A DNA stretch of 64,000 nt from an uncultured virus (IMG/VR IMGVR_UViG_3300032180_000385). Taxonomy: Duplodnaviria > Heunggongvirae > Uroviricota > Caudoviricetes. The stretch is taken from the IMG/VR virus record IMGVR_UViG_3300032180_000385, positions 1 to 64,000 of that record. The stretch is one strand, 5' to 3'. The notes beneath the pieces were generated by a model. That model was given only the letters and a program-made list of their open reading frames with translations. It was not told where the DNA came from and searched no databases. The position numbers and the translations under genes are program-made. Shown in pieces: positions 39,601 through 49,186 of the stretch (position 1 is its first letter; each line of letters begins with the position of its first letter).

Positions 39601-42600
39601 TTTATGCAGGACGTCCGGCCCAAATTTATTCTCTAGCTTCTTCCGGGCATTCTTGTTGATCACGAACTCGCCGGGAGTCAGCAGCGCTGGCACTGTATCG
39701 CCACTGCCGCTACCGGGAACATGACCGCCCTTAGCGTAAGTAAATTCGAAGCTCAGGCCGAACGGAAGCGAAACGTGGACATGATGGCCGGTAAGCGCAT
39801 TGTTAATAACATTGAAGAGAGTATTGCCGAGACCCGCGAGCCCGCTGATAGCCTCATCCCAGAGGTGCGCGGCCTCATGGCGCATCCCGTCGAAGATGAC
39901 CGCGCCTTCCTGAAGGGCGGTGCTCACCAGCCCGCTGAGCCCGCTGATCGCCTCGTCCCAGAGATGGGCACCTTCATGACGCATCCCGTCGAAGATGACC
40001 GCGCCTTCCTGGATAGCGTTGTTCACCAGCCCGCTGAGCCCGCTGATCGCCTCGTCCCAGAGATGGGCACCTTCATGACGCATCCCGTCGAAGATGACCG
40101 CGCCTTCCTGGATAGCCCTGTTCACGAGGCCGTTGAGCCCGCTGATCGCGTCGTCCCAGAGATGTGCGCCCTCGTGCCGCGCTCCGTCGAAGACCACGGC
40201 CATCTCGTGCGGGAAAGAGTCACCGATCGCGTGCACGAACCGGTTATGGAACCCCTGGGCGATGATGCTCCAGAAACCGTCGAACAGCTTCAGCGTGTTG
40301 GACAGGAATCCCTTCAGGTCGCTGCCCTTGCTCCCGACGAAGAAATCGTAGATCTTGTCGGCGACGTCGTGCTGGAATCCAGTGAAGACCCCAGCCCACG
40401 CCGTATGGAACACTCCGCCGATCGTTTTGCTTGAACTGCCCAGGGCTCCGACGACCGAGTTCGGGTCACGCGGACCGCCCTGCCCGGAATCTGACGTCCG
40501 GTGACCGGTAAAGAACCCTGTCACGGCATTGGCACCGCCAACAGAGATATTCGCCGCGCCCTGCCTAGTGAACAGCAGGTTGGCGATCGGCTGGAACCAG
40601 CCGGGGACCGTTTTGTTGTACGTTGCCAAGTTAGACGCCTGCGTTGGCTTGCCCACCACAGCATTGCTGACGCGACCGAGCACCTGACCGATGATCGCGG
40701 CGATAAGTGCAGTCCCGCCCGCGCCCCGCAGCAGCCCTTCCCCGCCCGCTCCTTCAGCTCCCCCGCCTGCCTTGCCGAACAAGCCCTTGAACCAGGTGCC
40801 AAACCGGGAGAAGAAGCCACCGGCCGCCAGCTCGCCGCCCTGCACGACATCGGATGTGCCGCGGGCACCGGGGATGCCAGTGGGCGGGCCGAACTTGCCC
40901 CCAGTCGCTGCTCCGGCTGTTTCTTCAGTCGCAACAGTCGCTCCGCCCGAAACCAGCGCTTCCCTGATCATAGCTGCGGCACTAGTGCCTCCTTCCTCGA
41001 ACGCCGTTCTCATCAGGGCAGCTGCGTTTGAACCATCAACTTTCCCGCCGAGAAGACCACCGGTAAGCCTACCCAGAAGACTGCTACCGCTGAGAGCTTT
41101 GAAAAGGCTAGTAACACCAGTGAATTTCAGCAGTGCAATACCAGCAAGCGTGACCGCGATGCTCTCCAGAAATAGTTTGCCAGCCGTGTTCTTACTGATG
41201 TCCTTGACCCAGCCAGCGAAAAGGTTCAGCCCGTGCATAAGCGGAATGCCAACAACATCGATGATCTGCTTCAGGTTAAGCCGCAGGCTCTGGATCGTAT
41301 CCGAAAAGCTGCTGGTGCCTGGTTTGGCGGCAGTCGTTGCCTTTCCCAGGTTCAGCGTGTAATTTGCCAGGTCATTAACGTACTTCGCGGCGTCCGGCCC
41401 GTAGATGCCTACTGATTTCAGGTCGGCGAGAAGCTGTACGCGATCCTTGCTGGCTGCGGCCTTATTGCCTTTTCCAAGGTCCGTAGTAAACTTAGCAAGA
41501 GCTGTCTGCACCTTACCGGTACTGCCAACGAGGGCCTGCTGCGCCGGAGTCAGGTCGGATTGCAAGGTATGCGCGAGCGCGGCGGCCTTGCCCGTCAGGT
41601 TGCTGTTGCCGATGGTGACCGCGTTCTGATTCCCCTGAAGTTTAGTCAGGCTGCCACCCATCTGGCTGATCCAGTTCGTCGCCTGCTGGAAGGTAGTTAC
41701 GTACGGAGCGGCCCGTTGCACCCAGGAAACTACCTCAGCTTGCCAGGTCTTGTTGTTTCCGGCGGCCGTAACCATCGCCGCACCCGTATCAGCGATAGAA
41801 CTCGTCAACTGTGGACCGGAGGCTCCTGCCTTCATGTTGGCGTCGACGAGAGAGTTAGCGTTGGTCAACAGCGACTGAAAATCAGTGTTCACTGTGTCGT
41901 AGGTGCTCGTGCCAGACGCAATGTCCGTGTTGAAAGTCTTCATGCTCTGGCCGAAGGTAGCCATCGACGTCTGGGTGCCAGTAACGATGCCGTACCAAGT
42001 GTCCCAGGCGCTCGTCAAGTTGTTAATCGCTGTCACCTGGTCGTTGGCAGTTACCGACAGCACGTTCATGTCGCTGCCGACCATGCCCATCGTCTGGCCC
42101 ATGTTCAGGTAACCGGTTACCAGGGACGCGATCATTTGCATGGAGGTAGCCCACGCTTTGTTGTCCGCATTGGTGAAATCAGATACCTTGACTCCGGCTG
42201 TCTGTGCCAACTGCATTGCTGCGGGCAGACTGATTCCGTAGAGCTTCGAAATCTGAACAAGGCGCTCGGATTCAAGGGTGAAGTCCCCGAGGAGTTGCTG
42301 ACGCGACTGGCCGAGCGTTCTCGCATCAGCGCTGCCCGACGCTACTGCCTGCCGCCATGCGGCGGTAACATTCTTCAGCGAATTTTCTGTCGTGCTGAGC
42401 ATAGTAATGGGTGTCGAATTAGCAACGGCTGCAATTTGCGCGGATGCGTACTTCTGCATGGCATCCTGTGCCTTGACAGCCCAGACAACTACGGCAGCCA
42501 GTGCTGCTGCGATAAAGATGGCACCGCTTACCGCAGCCGGACCGAGTCCTTTCAGGACTTCACCAAATCTGGCGATCCGGCCACCCAGTGCTTCAAACAT

Positions 42601-45600
42601 CGGTCCAACGACAGCCCAGCCTTTAGCCGCTGCGAGCCCGATGCCAAGACGTTCAACCAAATTCAAAAGGGCAGTAGCAGCAAGTCCGCTCCAGGCGTAG
42701 AGGGCATGCAGCCCGATTGCCCAGGCTGCCAGGGCGCCGCCAAACGGCGTATGGATAAAGTCAGCGACTACTCGAAACAGCTTGGTGACAGCGACGCCGA
42801 TTCCTAGCATAATCTCAGCAATATGCGTTCGCTGGGTGATCCCGGCCAGAGCCCCCAGGAGCGCTCCAAGGTTAGCAAACGCTGTTGCCAGACCGGCGAT
42901 GTCGCGCTGTCCCATCTTGATAAAGTTTGACAGGCCGGTACCAGAGCTGGCTTTATTCATGTCCACGGCAATGCGGGCGGCTGTCCTGTCTAGTGCCGTT
43001 CCGGTGTCCGTGATCAGCTTTTGCATCACACCGCCACTCTTGCTGGCCATTGCGGTGAGCGCACTTCCGTATAGTTCGAATACCTGCGGGCGAACTTGAT
43101 CCTGCAGCGCACTGAAAGAATTACCTAGTGAACTTACCTTTGTCGTAACGCCACCTGCTTGAGCGCCTAGCTTCTGAAGACTACCGCCTGCCGACACCAC
43201 CATGAAATTCATCTGCGTGCCCATAGCCGTCGTCACAGTACCCAGATTTTTCACATATGTGGTAACCTGCGTAACCGCATCTTTGGCAGCAAGAGCAAAT
43301 CCGCCGAGACCGAGCGCCAGCGTAGCCAGCGCCGGAATCCAGACGGCAAAAATTTCAACAGCCAGTTCCATGGCGATATGCCAGAGCTTGACGCTTTTCG
43401 CCGCACCATTAAATGCCTGAACCTGCTGCTGCATCCAGCCGAACCAGCCACCCGCACCCTTTGTGAGGAACGGGGTAATACCACCTCCGCCGGCTGCACC
43501 TGCCGCACCTGCTGCAGCGGCTGCAAGAACTCCACCCCCTCCACCGCCCTTGCCCCCGCCTGCACTCCCAGCCATAGTAGTGGCCATGACGGAACGCAAT
43601 CTCCCGTACGCAGAGGCGAGATCTTTCACCCGGGCGATGTCTCCGGCGGTAGCCTTACTGAGGTCTATACTAGCTATATCTTTCAGTTCATCCTGAAGTC
43701 TTATCGCTTCGACAGCAATATCAGCTAGTACCCTCTTGGCGGAATCGCTGTCAACATGAGTTGCAAGGCTTATCAGGGTTTCCTTTATCTTCTTCGACTC
43801 AGCATCAAGCATAAATAGCTTATTCATCGCCTCCGTAATGTCAATATTAGCGGCTGCGGTCTGCGGTGCAAGAAACTTCTGATATTCTTTAAGTGCAGCT
43901 TCCTGAAGTTTGCCGAGATCATTCCAGTCTTTCGTCATTTTCCGGGCTAGGTCATCCCAGGCTTTCCGCTGGTCCGCGTCAAACTTAAGATTATCCTTAT
44001 TAGCGGACGCTTGCAGCTTACTGAGATCATTCCAGTCTTTTGTCATTTTCCGGGCTAGGTCATCCCAGGTCTTCTGCTGATCCGCACCACCAGCAGCGCC
44101 ACTCGCCGTATGCGCGGCTTTGACCCGCTTCAGTTCCTTTTCTGCCTGACTTAGCAGGGTTACCATCCGGATAACAGTGTCCGCCGCTGCCGCCTGGCTC
44201 ATGAGGTCGACAGTCGACTGCTTCATCTCATTCGATAGCTTGCTCTGCTCAATCCGGAGAATCATGGCCTGAGCAGCAGAATAACCGGCCTTCTCACCGA
44301 GATCAGACGTTGCAGCGTCAAGTTCCTTTAGTTTTGCTATCATATCAGCAGGAATAATAGTATTAAGCGGTTCGAATGCCTTTGCTGACTTTGCTGCCTG
44401 CGCTGCTGTTGCCGCCATAGTCGCGCCCAGTCCGCCGGTACTATCGGCTGCGGCATCTGCTGCCTTTTCCTGTACTTTTTCCGCAGCAGCAGCCAGGTAC
44501 TCAGCCGCAGCCATCCCGCCTATCGCAGCGGTGGTGACAGTATATCCCTTATCAGCATAACCCCTAACGCCACCCTGACTTGACTCCCCGTATCCCTTGG
44601 CGTAAATAGCCCGGACGCGCTCAACCTCAGCAGCAGTCGTTTCAACTGTGTTCTTGAGCTTACCCCACTTACTAATTTGCAAGGTGATCGAAGTGTCCGC
44701 TGCTGCCGTTACCCGCTGATACTCCTGAAGGAAGCCTTTGCCCGTACCTACTTTCTCCGTCCAAGTGACTAGCTCCGCTGTTGCTTTCTCCATCGCCGGT
44801 GCCAGATTAACTTCCGGGGTGATCTTTGGCTTTTCCGTTGCGATTTTTTCGTCGAGCGCTGCTGCTTCCGCTAGTGCCGGTTTTTCATCAAGCTTCGGAG
44901 TAACAACCGGCGTATCAGCTTGATTGAAAGCAGCTTTCGCAGCCGTAGCAGCCTCTTTACTGCCATTCTCTATCGCCGTCCTGAACTCCCGGGTCGCGGC
45001 TTCCTTATTTACAGTTAGCGGCACCGCGACGGGCTTCATGACCTCCCCTACCCGGGCCTTAGCCGCCGTCATCATCATGTCCTGATACAGCTTATCGCGT
45101 GCTGCTTCCGACATCTTCGGCTCAACAGGCACCTCGACTGGCTTACTGATCTTCGCGTCAAGCGCTGCCACCTCCGCCGTCGCCGGTCCCAGATCAACCT
45201 TCGGCTGAATGAATTCTTGCGACGATACTCGGTGCTTGTATTCCCCGCCGACAAACATGGCCTGCTGCCGCTGAAGATCTGTCAATGTCTGCTGGTTATG
45301 CTGCGGGACAAGGTTAACTTTCTGATCCCGGTAAAGCTGGACTAGTGCTGCATCTAGATTCTTAACACCACTGAGCGCCGCCCGCAGATCCGTCAGGTTG
45401 ATGTATCCTCCGGGCCTGTCCCCGCCTGCGGTTGCCATACTGCGGATCGTGGTCATAATCAGCTTGTCGAGCGCCATAACTTCCGTCATGGCCGGAGCCG
45501 TGTCCGCAGTAATCGACACCTCGGGCTTCTCTGCTTCTATAGCTTTGTCAAGCGCTGTGCATTCTGCCATGGCAGGAGCTGTGTTCAGTTCGGGGGTAAC

Positions 45601-48600
45601 GACGGGCTTAGCTGCGGTAAGAGCAGCCTGAAATTTTTCCTGAACCTTGCGCATAAGAGCGGATGACTCGAAAGCTGCAAGGAACTCATTTATATCCGGA
45701 ACAGCTTCGACAGGAACGGTTAGCTTAGTACTACTCCATTGTGCGCCAAGTGCCTGTGCGGCGGCAAGATTAGCATCCTCAACTTCTGTTCTATAGGTAT
45801 CAAAAAATTTCTTCTGTGCCTTCGTCAGCGGAACCGTGATCGCCTCAGCAGTTGCGTCACCCGCACCCTTCATCGTTGTCCGGACCTTGTCGGCAAACCC
45901 GGTTAGCGCTGTCTCCGACTCTTCTATGCTCGGCCCGAGATCAACCGGTATCTCAACAGGATTGGCCTTCACCTCCGCAACAGCCGCGGTAACAGCCGTT
46001 GCGACCTCCGGCATGACCTTCGACGTGTCCGCAGTGAACGGAACGCTTGCCGCCGCCGCCGCTGCCGCCTCTTGCGCGGCCTTCTTCAGCCTGGCTTTCA
46101 TCACCATGTCGGCCTGCTTCTCCGACAGCCCGGCCGCGATCAGCTCCGGTATCCCTCCCGCGACGGGCTTGTACTCTTCCCGCCCGACCGACATCTGCAC
46201 GCTCTTCATAAAGTCGGCCATATTGGCTTTAACCGGGATTGTCCGGCTCTGAGTTATCCGCGCCATCTCCGCCTGGATCTCGGCTTCGCTGAACTTAGCC
46301 TTCATTTCGACTGGATGAGCTGCAATCTCGGCATCCGCCACCGCGACTACCTTAGCTACCTCCGGGGTAATCACCGTTGTGTCTGTCTTGATTTGTTCCA
46401 CAATCGGATTAGCCGCTGCCCAGGCGCTTGCTGCTTTTTTCGCTTTATCTAGATCATCATCCAGGTCTTCCAGGTAGTCAGCCGCAGGCCGAACAGATAC
46501 CGTAGCAATAATCTTATAACCGGTTTTTGATGCATAGCTACCAGAACTTGGGTAGGCTGACGCATGAGGGGCATTATCTGCCGGATTTACGGGGGCGACC
46601 TGGTACGTATATCGACCAAGCAGGTTAGCCGCATTTGGTTTCTCATTAGCCCACGCCAGTCCGCTCCTACCGGGGTTAATGATATCTCCGACATCTAGCT
46701 TCGCATTAGTTGCGTGAAACAGGTCCTTTACCTCAGTGACGGCAGCAGTGGCCTCTGAGATAATTTTTTCTGTGTCAAGTTCTACCGGAATTTTAGTGTT
46801 CCTGTACTTAGCCTTTATGGCGGCTAGCTGCGCCTCAATCGGATCTTTATTTATATCTGGCGTGAACTCCATCTTCATCGACTTCATAATCTCGGCGACC
46901 GACTTGTCCGGCACCGGTACTGCGTTCTCCGGCTTATACAGGACCTGAGTAGCGCCCTTAAATACATCCTTCGAAGGGACGTCGAACGACCGGACAACGA
47001 AACCAAGCTCTTTCAGCTTAGGCAGCCATTCATCAAACCAGGTGTTCAACTGCTTCATGTCCTCGAATGCGCTGCGAGCACCTTCGCTGAAAAGCTTTAT
47101 TGCCTTGTCTTCACTGACGATGTTTCCAAGAAGCGAGTCTTCCCAGACAGGAGGGTGCTCCCAATCTCGGGCGTTGTGCGTTGATGGTGCCGTCTCGGAC
47201 ACGCCAGGACTGCCCGCGTACGGCCCCCTGCCGGTCTCTGCATGCTCAACGCGGAAGATGCGAGTCATCTCCTGCTTTACTGCGGCTTCAGCAGCTTTGT
47301 CCATAACAGGCTCAACCGTAACCGGCAGGGCTTCAAGGTGAATATTCCGAACGCCCTCAATAATTTGATCTTTAAGTACCTTAAACGGCTGATTTCTCGG
47401 GAAGGTAAATTCATGTGCGTCGTCCGGGAGATCCCCCAGGGCTATACTCTGCCTATTCAGGGCCTTGACTCCCGGTCCTGCAGTAATTTTCATCAAGGTG
47501 GTGCCGAATGTTTTTGCTACATCCTCCGACACTGCGGCGCTAGTGTAGCCCTTATCCTGGATTATCTGACCGGTCTTACTCCCAACACTACCGAGAATCT
47601 CATCAGGCTTATTAACACCCCGAAACAAAGTAACCTGCTGAGTAAAATCTGATACTTTATTAATCAGGGAGTCAATATCTGAGACAATACTAGCAACACC
47701 ATTATCCTGAGTACTTCCAGCACCCCCGACTGATAGACCCCTTAGTTGATCCTGTATTGTCTTGAAAGACCACTCGTAATACCTTTTCATAGCAAACAGG
47801 TCGTCTTCAGTCGTGCTGCTAGGAGTCCCTTCGCTGGACTTAGCTAGTTTCATTCCTGACAAAGCCTGCTTCATCTCCCGGGAGGCATCCCTGAACTCCC
47901 CAGCAGACATCTGCACGCTTCGCATAAAGTCGGCCATTGACGATCCAGCGCTCGCGGTCGGGCCAGGCCCTGCAACCCCCGCTCCCGCAACCCCCGCTCC
48001 CTCAAGCCCAGAAGAATCAACCCGGATCTTGACCGTCCGGTCCCGGGTGACGATCTTCAGCATCTCTTCGGCCACATCGATCGAACGGTCATCCAGGTCG
48101 GCCCGTATCCTCACCATGCGCTCGGCGGTCAGCGCGTCCAGTGCCGCCTGCGCCGCAGCCGAGTCCAGGACGACGTCGATCTCAAGGTCCTGTCCCGGCG
48201 GGAGTACGAGCTTTCCAACGTCAAACGTCACCGGAATCTGGGTAGTAAGGCTGCGAAGCTCCGCCAGCTTCCGGTCCAGATCAGCCGTGTTGATATCGAT
48301 GCTCAGGTAGTCGGACAGACCGGTTTGCGCGATCAGCTTCTTGATCAGCATGAGCTGGCTGCGGATCTTCGACTGAGGCACGTTAACATCAGCGAAGTCC
48401 GCCAGGCCAGACTGGGCTGCCAAAGTCTTCAGCTTCGCGAACGCCGCAGGAGCGCCCTCAACATTGACGCCGACATCAACCGTCCGGTCCGCCGTCAGGG
48501 CATTCAGCTCCGTTTTCGCCGCCGTCACAGAACCAGGCTTCAGGTAAAACTCGACCGGAATATCCGCCACGACATCCTGAGTAACGGCGGCAACCTTAAC

Positions 48601-49185
48601 CTGCAAGCCAATTGCGGTACCCAGATTGAACTCAGCCGGAATATCCGCCTTAACGCCTTCGGTAACCGCATCAACCTGAGCCTGCAGTCCGCCCGAGCCA
48701 CCGCGGACACCAAGATCGACAGGAACGAGTGCGCTGGCGCCTTCCGCCATGGCATCAATCTTTACCTGAAACTCGGCCCGAGATGGCATGTTAAGGTCAA
48801 CCGGTATCTTGGCTCCGATACCCGCAGTCAGCGTCTCAACCTGAGCCTTCATTCCTGTTTTAGTTCCAGTCAGGTCAACAGGTACCTTCGCCTTGATTCC
48901 TGCAGTCAGCGTCTCAACCTGAGTCTTTACGGCTGCCTTTGAAGGAAGCTTAAATTCGACTGGTATCTTTGCCTGAATCCCCGCGGTCAGCGTCTTAACC
49001 TGGCCTTGCAATTTAGTCTTAGTCCCAGTCAGCTCAATTGGAACCTTTACCTGCAAGTCATGATCAGTAAGAGCCAGCTTGTTAACTTCCCCCACCGCAG
49101 TTTTTACCTGCTTGGTAAGATCAGCAAAAAAACCGTCATCATTTGGTTTAATGTTAACGTAGGCCTCTCCCAAAAGACGGGCCAC
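33655..49185 (-). CDS. giant tape measure protein (5176 aa) with ART-like, M23-like, tail lysozyme and LysM domains
   Basis: MARLLGEAYV start; Ala-rich helical body; three GG...D.VPA.L.PGE motifs; follows the chaperones. Confidence 0.9.
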   Translation of the reverse strand: MARLLGEAYVNIKPNDDGFFADLTKQVKTAVGEVNKLALTDHDLQVKVPIELTGTKTKLQGQVKTLTAGIQAKIPVEFKLPSKAAVKTQVETLTAGIKAKVPVDLTGTKTGMKAQVETLTAGIGAKIPVDLNMPSRAEFQVKIDAMAEGASALVPVDLGVRGGSGGLQAQVDAVTEGVKADIPAEFNLGTAIGLQVKVAAVTQDVVADIPVEFYLKPGSVTAAKTELNALTADRTVDVGVNVEGAPAAFAKLKTLAAQSGLADFADVNVPQSKIRSQLMLIKKLIAQTGLSDYLSIDINTADLDRKLAELRSLTTQIPVTFDVGKLVLPPGQDLEIDVVLDSAAAQAALDALTAERMVRIRADLDDRSIDVAEEMLKIVTRDRTVKIRVDSSGLEGAGVAGAGVAGPGPTASAGSSMADFMRSVQMSAGEFRDASREMKQALSGMKLAKSSEGTPSSTTEDDLFAMKRYYEWSFKTIQDQLRGLSVGGAGSTQDNGVASIVSDIDSLINKVSDFTQQVTLFRGVNKPDEILGSVGSKTGQIIQDKGYTSAAVSEDVAKTFGTTLMKITAGPGVKALNRQSIALGDLPDDAHEFTFPRNQPFKVLKDQIIEGVRNIHLEALPVTVEPVMDKAAEAAVKQEMTRIFRVEHAETGRGPYAGSPGVSETAPSTHNARDWEHPPVWEDSLLGNIVSEDKAIKLFSEGARSAFEDMKQLNTWFDEWLPKLKELGFVVRSFDVPSKDVFKGATQVLYKPENAVPVPDKSVAEIMKSMKMEFTPDINKDPIEAQLAAIKAKYRNTKIPVELDTEKIISEATAAVTEVKDLFHATNAKLDVGDIINPGRSGLAWANEKPNAANLLGRYTYQVAPVNPADNAPHASAYPSSGSYASKTGYKIIATVSVRPAADYLEDLDDDLDKAKKAASAWAAANPIVEQIKTDTTVITPEVAKVVAVADAEIAAHPVEMKAKFSEAEIQAEMARITQSRTIPVKANMADFMKSVQMSVGREEYKPVAGGIPELIAAGLSEKQADMVMKARLKKAAQEAAAAAAASVPFTADTSKVMPEVATAVTAAVAEVKANPVEIPVDLGPSIEESETALTGFADKVRTTMKGAGDATAEAITVPLTKAQKKFFDTYRTEVEDANLAAAQALGAQWSSTKLTVPVEAVPDINEFLAAFESSALMRKVQEKFQAALTAAKPVVTPELNTAPAMAECTALDKAIEAEKPEVSITADTAPAMTEVMALDKLIMTTIRSMATAGGDRPGGYINLTDLRAALSGVKNLDAALVQLYRDQKVNLVPQHNQQTLTDLQRQQAMFVGGEYKHRVSSQEFIQPKVDLGPATAEVAALDAKISKPVEVPVEPKMSEAARDKLYQDMMMTAAKARVGEVMKPVAVPLTVNKEAATREFRTAIENGSKEAATAAKAAFNQADTPVVTPKLDEKPALAEAAALDEKIATEKPKITPEVNLAPAMEKATAELVTWTEKVGTGKGFLQEYQRVTAAADTSITLQISKWGKLKNTVETTAAEVERVRAIYAKGYGESSQGGVRGYADKGYTVTTAAIGGMAAAEYLAAAAEKVQEKAADAAADSTGGLGATMAATAAQAAKSAKAFEPLNTIIPADMIAKLKELDAATSDLGEKAGYSAAQAMILRIEQSKLSNEMKQSTVDLMSQAAAADTVIRMVTLLSQAEKELKRVKAAHTASGAAGGADQQKTWDDLARKMTKDWNDLSKLQASANKDNLKFDADQRKAWDDLARKMTKDWNDLGKLQEAALKEYQKFLAPQTAAANIDITEAMNKLFMLDAESKKIKETLISLATHVDSDSAKRVLADIAVEAIRLQDELKDIASIDLSKATAGDIARVKDLASAYGRLRSVMATTMAGSAGGGKGGGGGGVLAAAAAGAAGAAGGGGITPFLTKGAGGWFGWMQQQVQAFNGAAKSVKLWHIAMELAVEIFAVWIPALATLALGLGGFALAAKDAVTQVTTYVKNLGTVTTAMGTQMNFMVVSAGGSLQKLGAQAGGVTTKVSSLGNSFSALQDQVRPQVFELYGSALTAMASKSGGVMQKLITDTGTALDRTAARIAVDMNKASSGTGLSNFIKMGQRDIAGLATAFANLGALLGALAGITQRTHIAEIMLGIGVAVTKLFRVVADFIHTPFGGALAAWAIGLHALYAWSGLAATALLNLVERLGIGLAAAKGWAVVGPMFEALGGRIARFGEVLKGLGPAAVSGAIFIAAALAAVVVWAVKAQDAMQKYASAQIAAVANSTPITMLSTTENSLKNVTAAWRQAVASGSADARTLGQSRQQLLGDFTLESERLVQISKLYGISLPAAMQLAQTAGVKVSDFTNADNKAWATSMQMIASLVTGYLNMGQTMGMVGSDMNVLSVTANDQVTAINNLTSAWDTWYGIVTGTQTSMATFGQSMKTFNTDIASGTSTYDTVNTDFQSLLTNANSLVDANMKAGASGPQLTSSIADTGAAMVTAAGNNKTWQAEVVSWVQRAAPYVTTFQQATNWISQMGGSLTKLQGNQNAVTIGNSNLTGKAAALAHTLQSDLTPAQQALVGSTGKVQTALAKFTTDLGKGNKAAASKDRVQLLADLKSVGIYGPDAAKYVNDLANYTLNLGKATTAAKPGTSSFSDTIQSLRLNLKQIIDVVGIPLMHGLNLFAGWVKDISKNTAGKLFLESIAVTLAGIALLKFTGVTSLFKALSGSSLLGRLTGGLLGGKVDGSNAAALMRTAFEEGGTSAAAMIREALVSGGATVATEETAGAATGGKFGPPTGIPGARGTSDVVQGGELAAGGFFSRFGTWFKGLFGKAGGGAEGAGGEGLLRGAGGTALIAAIIGQVLGRVSNAVVGKPTQASNLATYNKTVPGWFQPIANLLFTRQGAANISVGGANAVTGFFTGHRTSDSGQGGPRDPNSVVGALGSSSKTIGGVFHTAWAGVFTGFQHDVADKIYDFFVGSKGSDLKGFLSNTLKLFDGFWSIIAQGFHNRFVHAIGDSFPHEMAVVFDGARHEGAHLWDDAISGLNGLVNRAIQEGAVIFDGMRHEGAHLWDEAISGLSGLVNNAIQEGAVIFDGMRHEGAHLWDEAISGLSGLVSTALQEGAVIFDGMRHEAAHLWDEAISGLAGLGNTLFNVINNALTGHHVHVSLPFGLSFEFTYAKGGHVPGSGSGDTVPALLTPGEFVINKNARKKLENKFGPDVLHKMNKFAAGGSVFDQFGAPGVTVPAGTYSATPASIAAAQKKAGVSPAKAAKAVSPAATGASGTPLVTGASILAGIYAQNKLTAATNKLTALMAQGPATTAQKKAAQSGLTGANASAAAAQLNLNKLLASGTATSAQLAAAHKTLNNAQAGAVAQMTNLNKVYGQHKATQAQLLAAANAQAAAQNAQNRLNNAGVSAVNTAANKAGAALTGAATTAAGTTTGAATTAAGITTGAATTAAATITTATTPKPAPPKPNQPGHVTRGGYVPPTDSRGRPAVDQPPHPGFTSPAGYVPARGPKGDMYSTPPGGGRSPVNLAAGYADITKPGTTGTPPDIGRALVTYTRDLNNNASAQKLVADRTALANSLVKDGLSTQAQATASVSKYTGVIQDQQHSQAQAVEYTKDMVATTPKAKAVIDNLTQAVASNNKTAIGTNQRKLIKILTDAHVPINQATASVKDLTGKIHAVPPSVKLSSAIARAGLTGLLQGLKLNQHKINEVNALKIHPGSDPRDVNKMLGLIGLNSTQIADVNKLKIKPGSDPGQVDALLHHLGLNSNQIAIINSTLIKPQVQQPPPIKPTVQQPPPLRIPITLVPDTMHLGKLGAAGLNALMYGLPGHAKGGHIGGTGHGDTVPAMLTPGEFVLTKTAAAHLKKMYGPGFLDGLNKYATGGSVGGGGAGHPAHAITLTSTGGGSAKHAELGDGGTGKLGKSVKKNLNDALGFVRGQFSNGLSRVFTKDLPASLDKSAASTRDKFAKPVQKTLTGHLGWQQNTFGTAMDKLYTKALPAVYDNSAQAASSRYDKPVRTTMAQHLNWQQGTFGTGISNLYTQAIPGVYNASAKTSSTQYDTPVRGIMTGHLAWQKSPFLSTMTTIYTSQVPQAFATGVSNVGGAWGRLTSVIKPPVNTSIGGLNNLVTGINSIGSWASVSGSIPKIATMARGGRLDGFGGGDSVPALLEPGEAVVDKMTVRKHASALKAMGVPGFAKGGVVGGGYVNPIPSSAGSSRIDQGVDFTGAGPVLAIGNGTILRTSEGGWGPPAGPSPGTFFTYRLNDGPKAGSVVYLAEGVPLVPGLKVGGSLTAGQVIGVMNGSSIETGFADPSGTHPLTQGGGLTAGGAEFWSFLKSLGTKQTPTNMGGSVAASGGVSTVPTGPDPSALGKLSAVGTDLLLQTSAGNAKAVVDLLKGTGNPAKGTGTRNLAGILSGMPPKLAQEAVAHIAKAGASALAGGVGTGPAGGATGSEMANGRELYNYLLTNLFGGQKFAAAGATASIWGESNWNPFAAGTGGRGLIGWTPAGTISDAAFKGGMKTQLPAIIEFVNSSGDQGVISQMKSTTSVLEAANLWGKGVERYGINDVHSTGLSLAASFMKSKGGLVYNVKAGDTLSGIAARFLGNAGDWAEIWDANRSVIGGNPNLLTVGERLGIPGMSGGHGGHQRNRKPGQKPKPKTPKQTLAGMEAALAADQRAETRYGNKMNYDLAHGLTGAYSADSVKAQNALFAAATEQANIKAYKAWMALTPLQKAQQTVQRDDLALTHAKDAVAAALANVESLGGTLSRFKGSKTSPAYRLELKNYQKAQAALFHAGQVEKGDQAAYNAAAKQVAQYQQNPGNDRYLRGLLAKLTRDQAAAAKAAAGMANDSKHHDDAGYFRDSKLYKGAEFAIGKDQLAIKHREAVLAAIPEQERAALVRQISSEEKKIAAAEKAANIAYGVAETDQRILGHDRKGSKKWKTDNWHYQRALRAYLNAGNRVTGDQGVLRGLEQKLGALPGGAGLQLPTANTPVLQLVRALTTNPMLKYLISGPGSVTPLGWAMQPELGDLMVANVFNPASWVGKSATQNGGLYAGMQANYDAAQLAVQQFLMDKGQTKALKLAGKATGIHGIDEHGRRFDQGGLVQPGLNLINNQTGAPEMLTPSRSGWISPRGHGDSRSSRPVSPDGMTAYERESLNEMRALRASMDANTAAVNRQGPAFSQALTGSAHRAASRGNYGGW
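39830..40210 (-). repeat. 99-bp (33-aa) tandem repeats in the tape measure
   Basis: AVIFDGMRHEGAHLWDEAISGLSGLV repeated about four times. Confidence 0.85.
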
Positions 49186-49186
49186 A

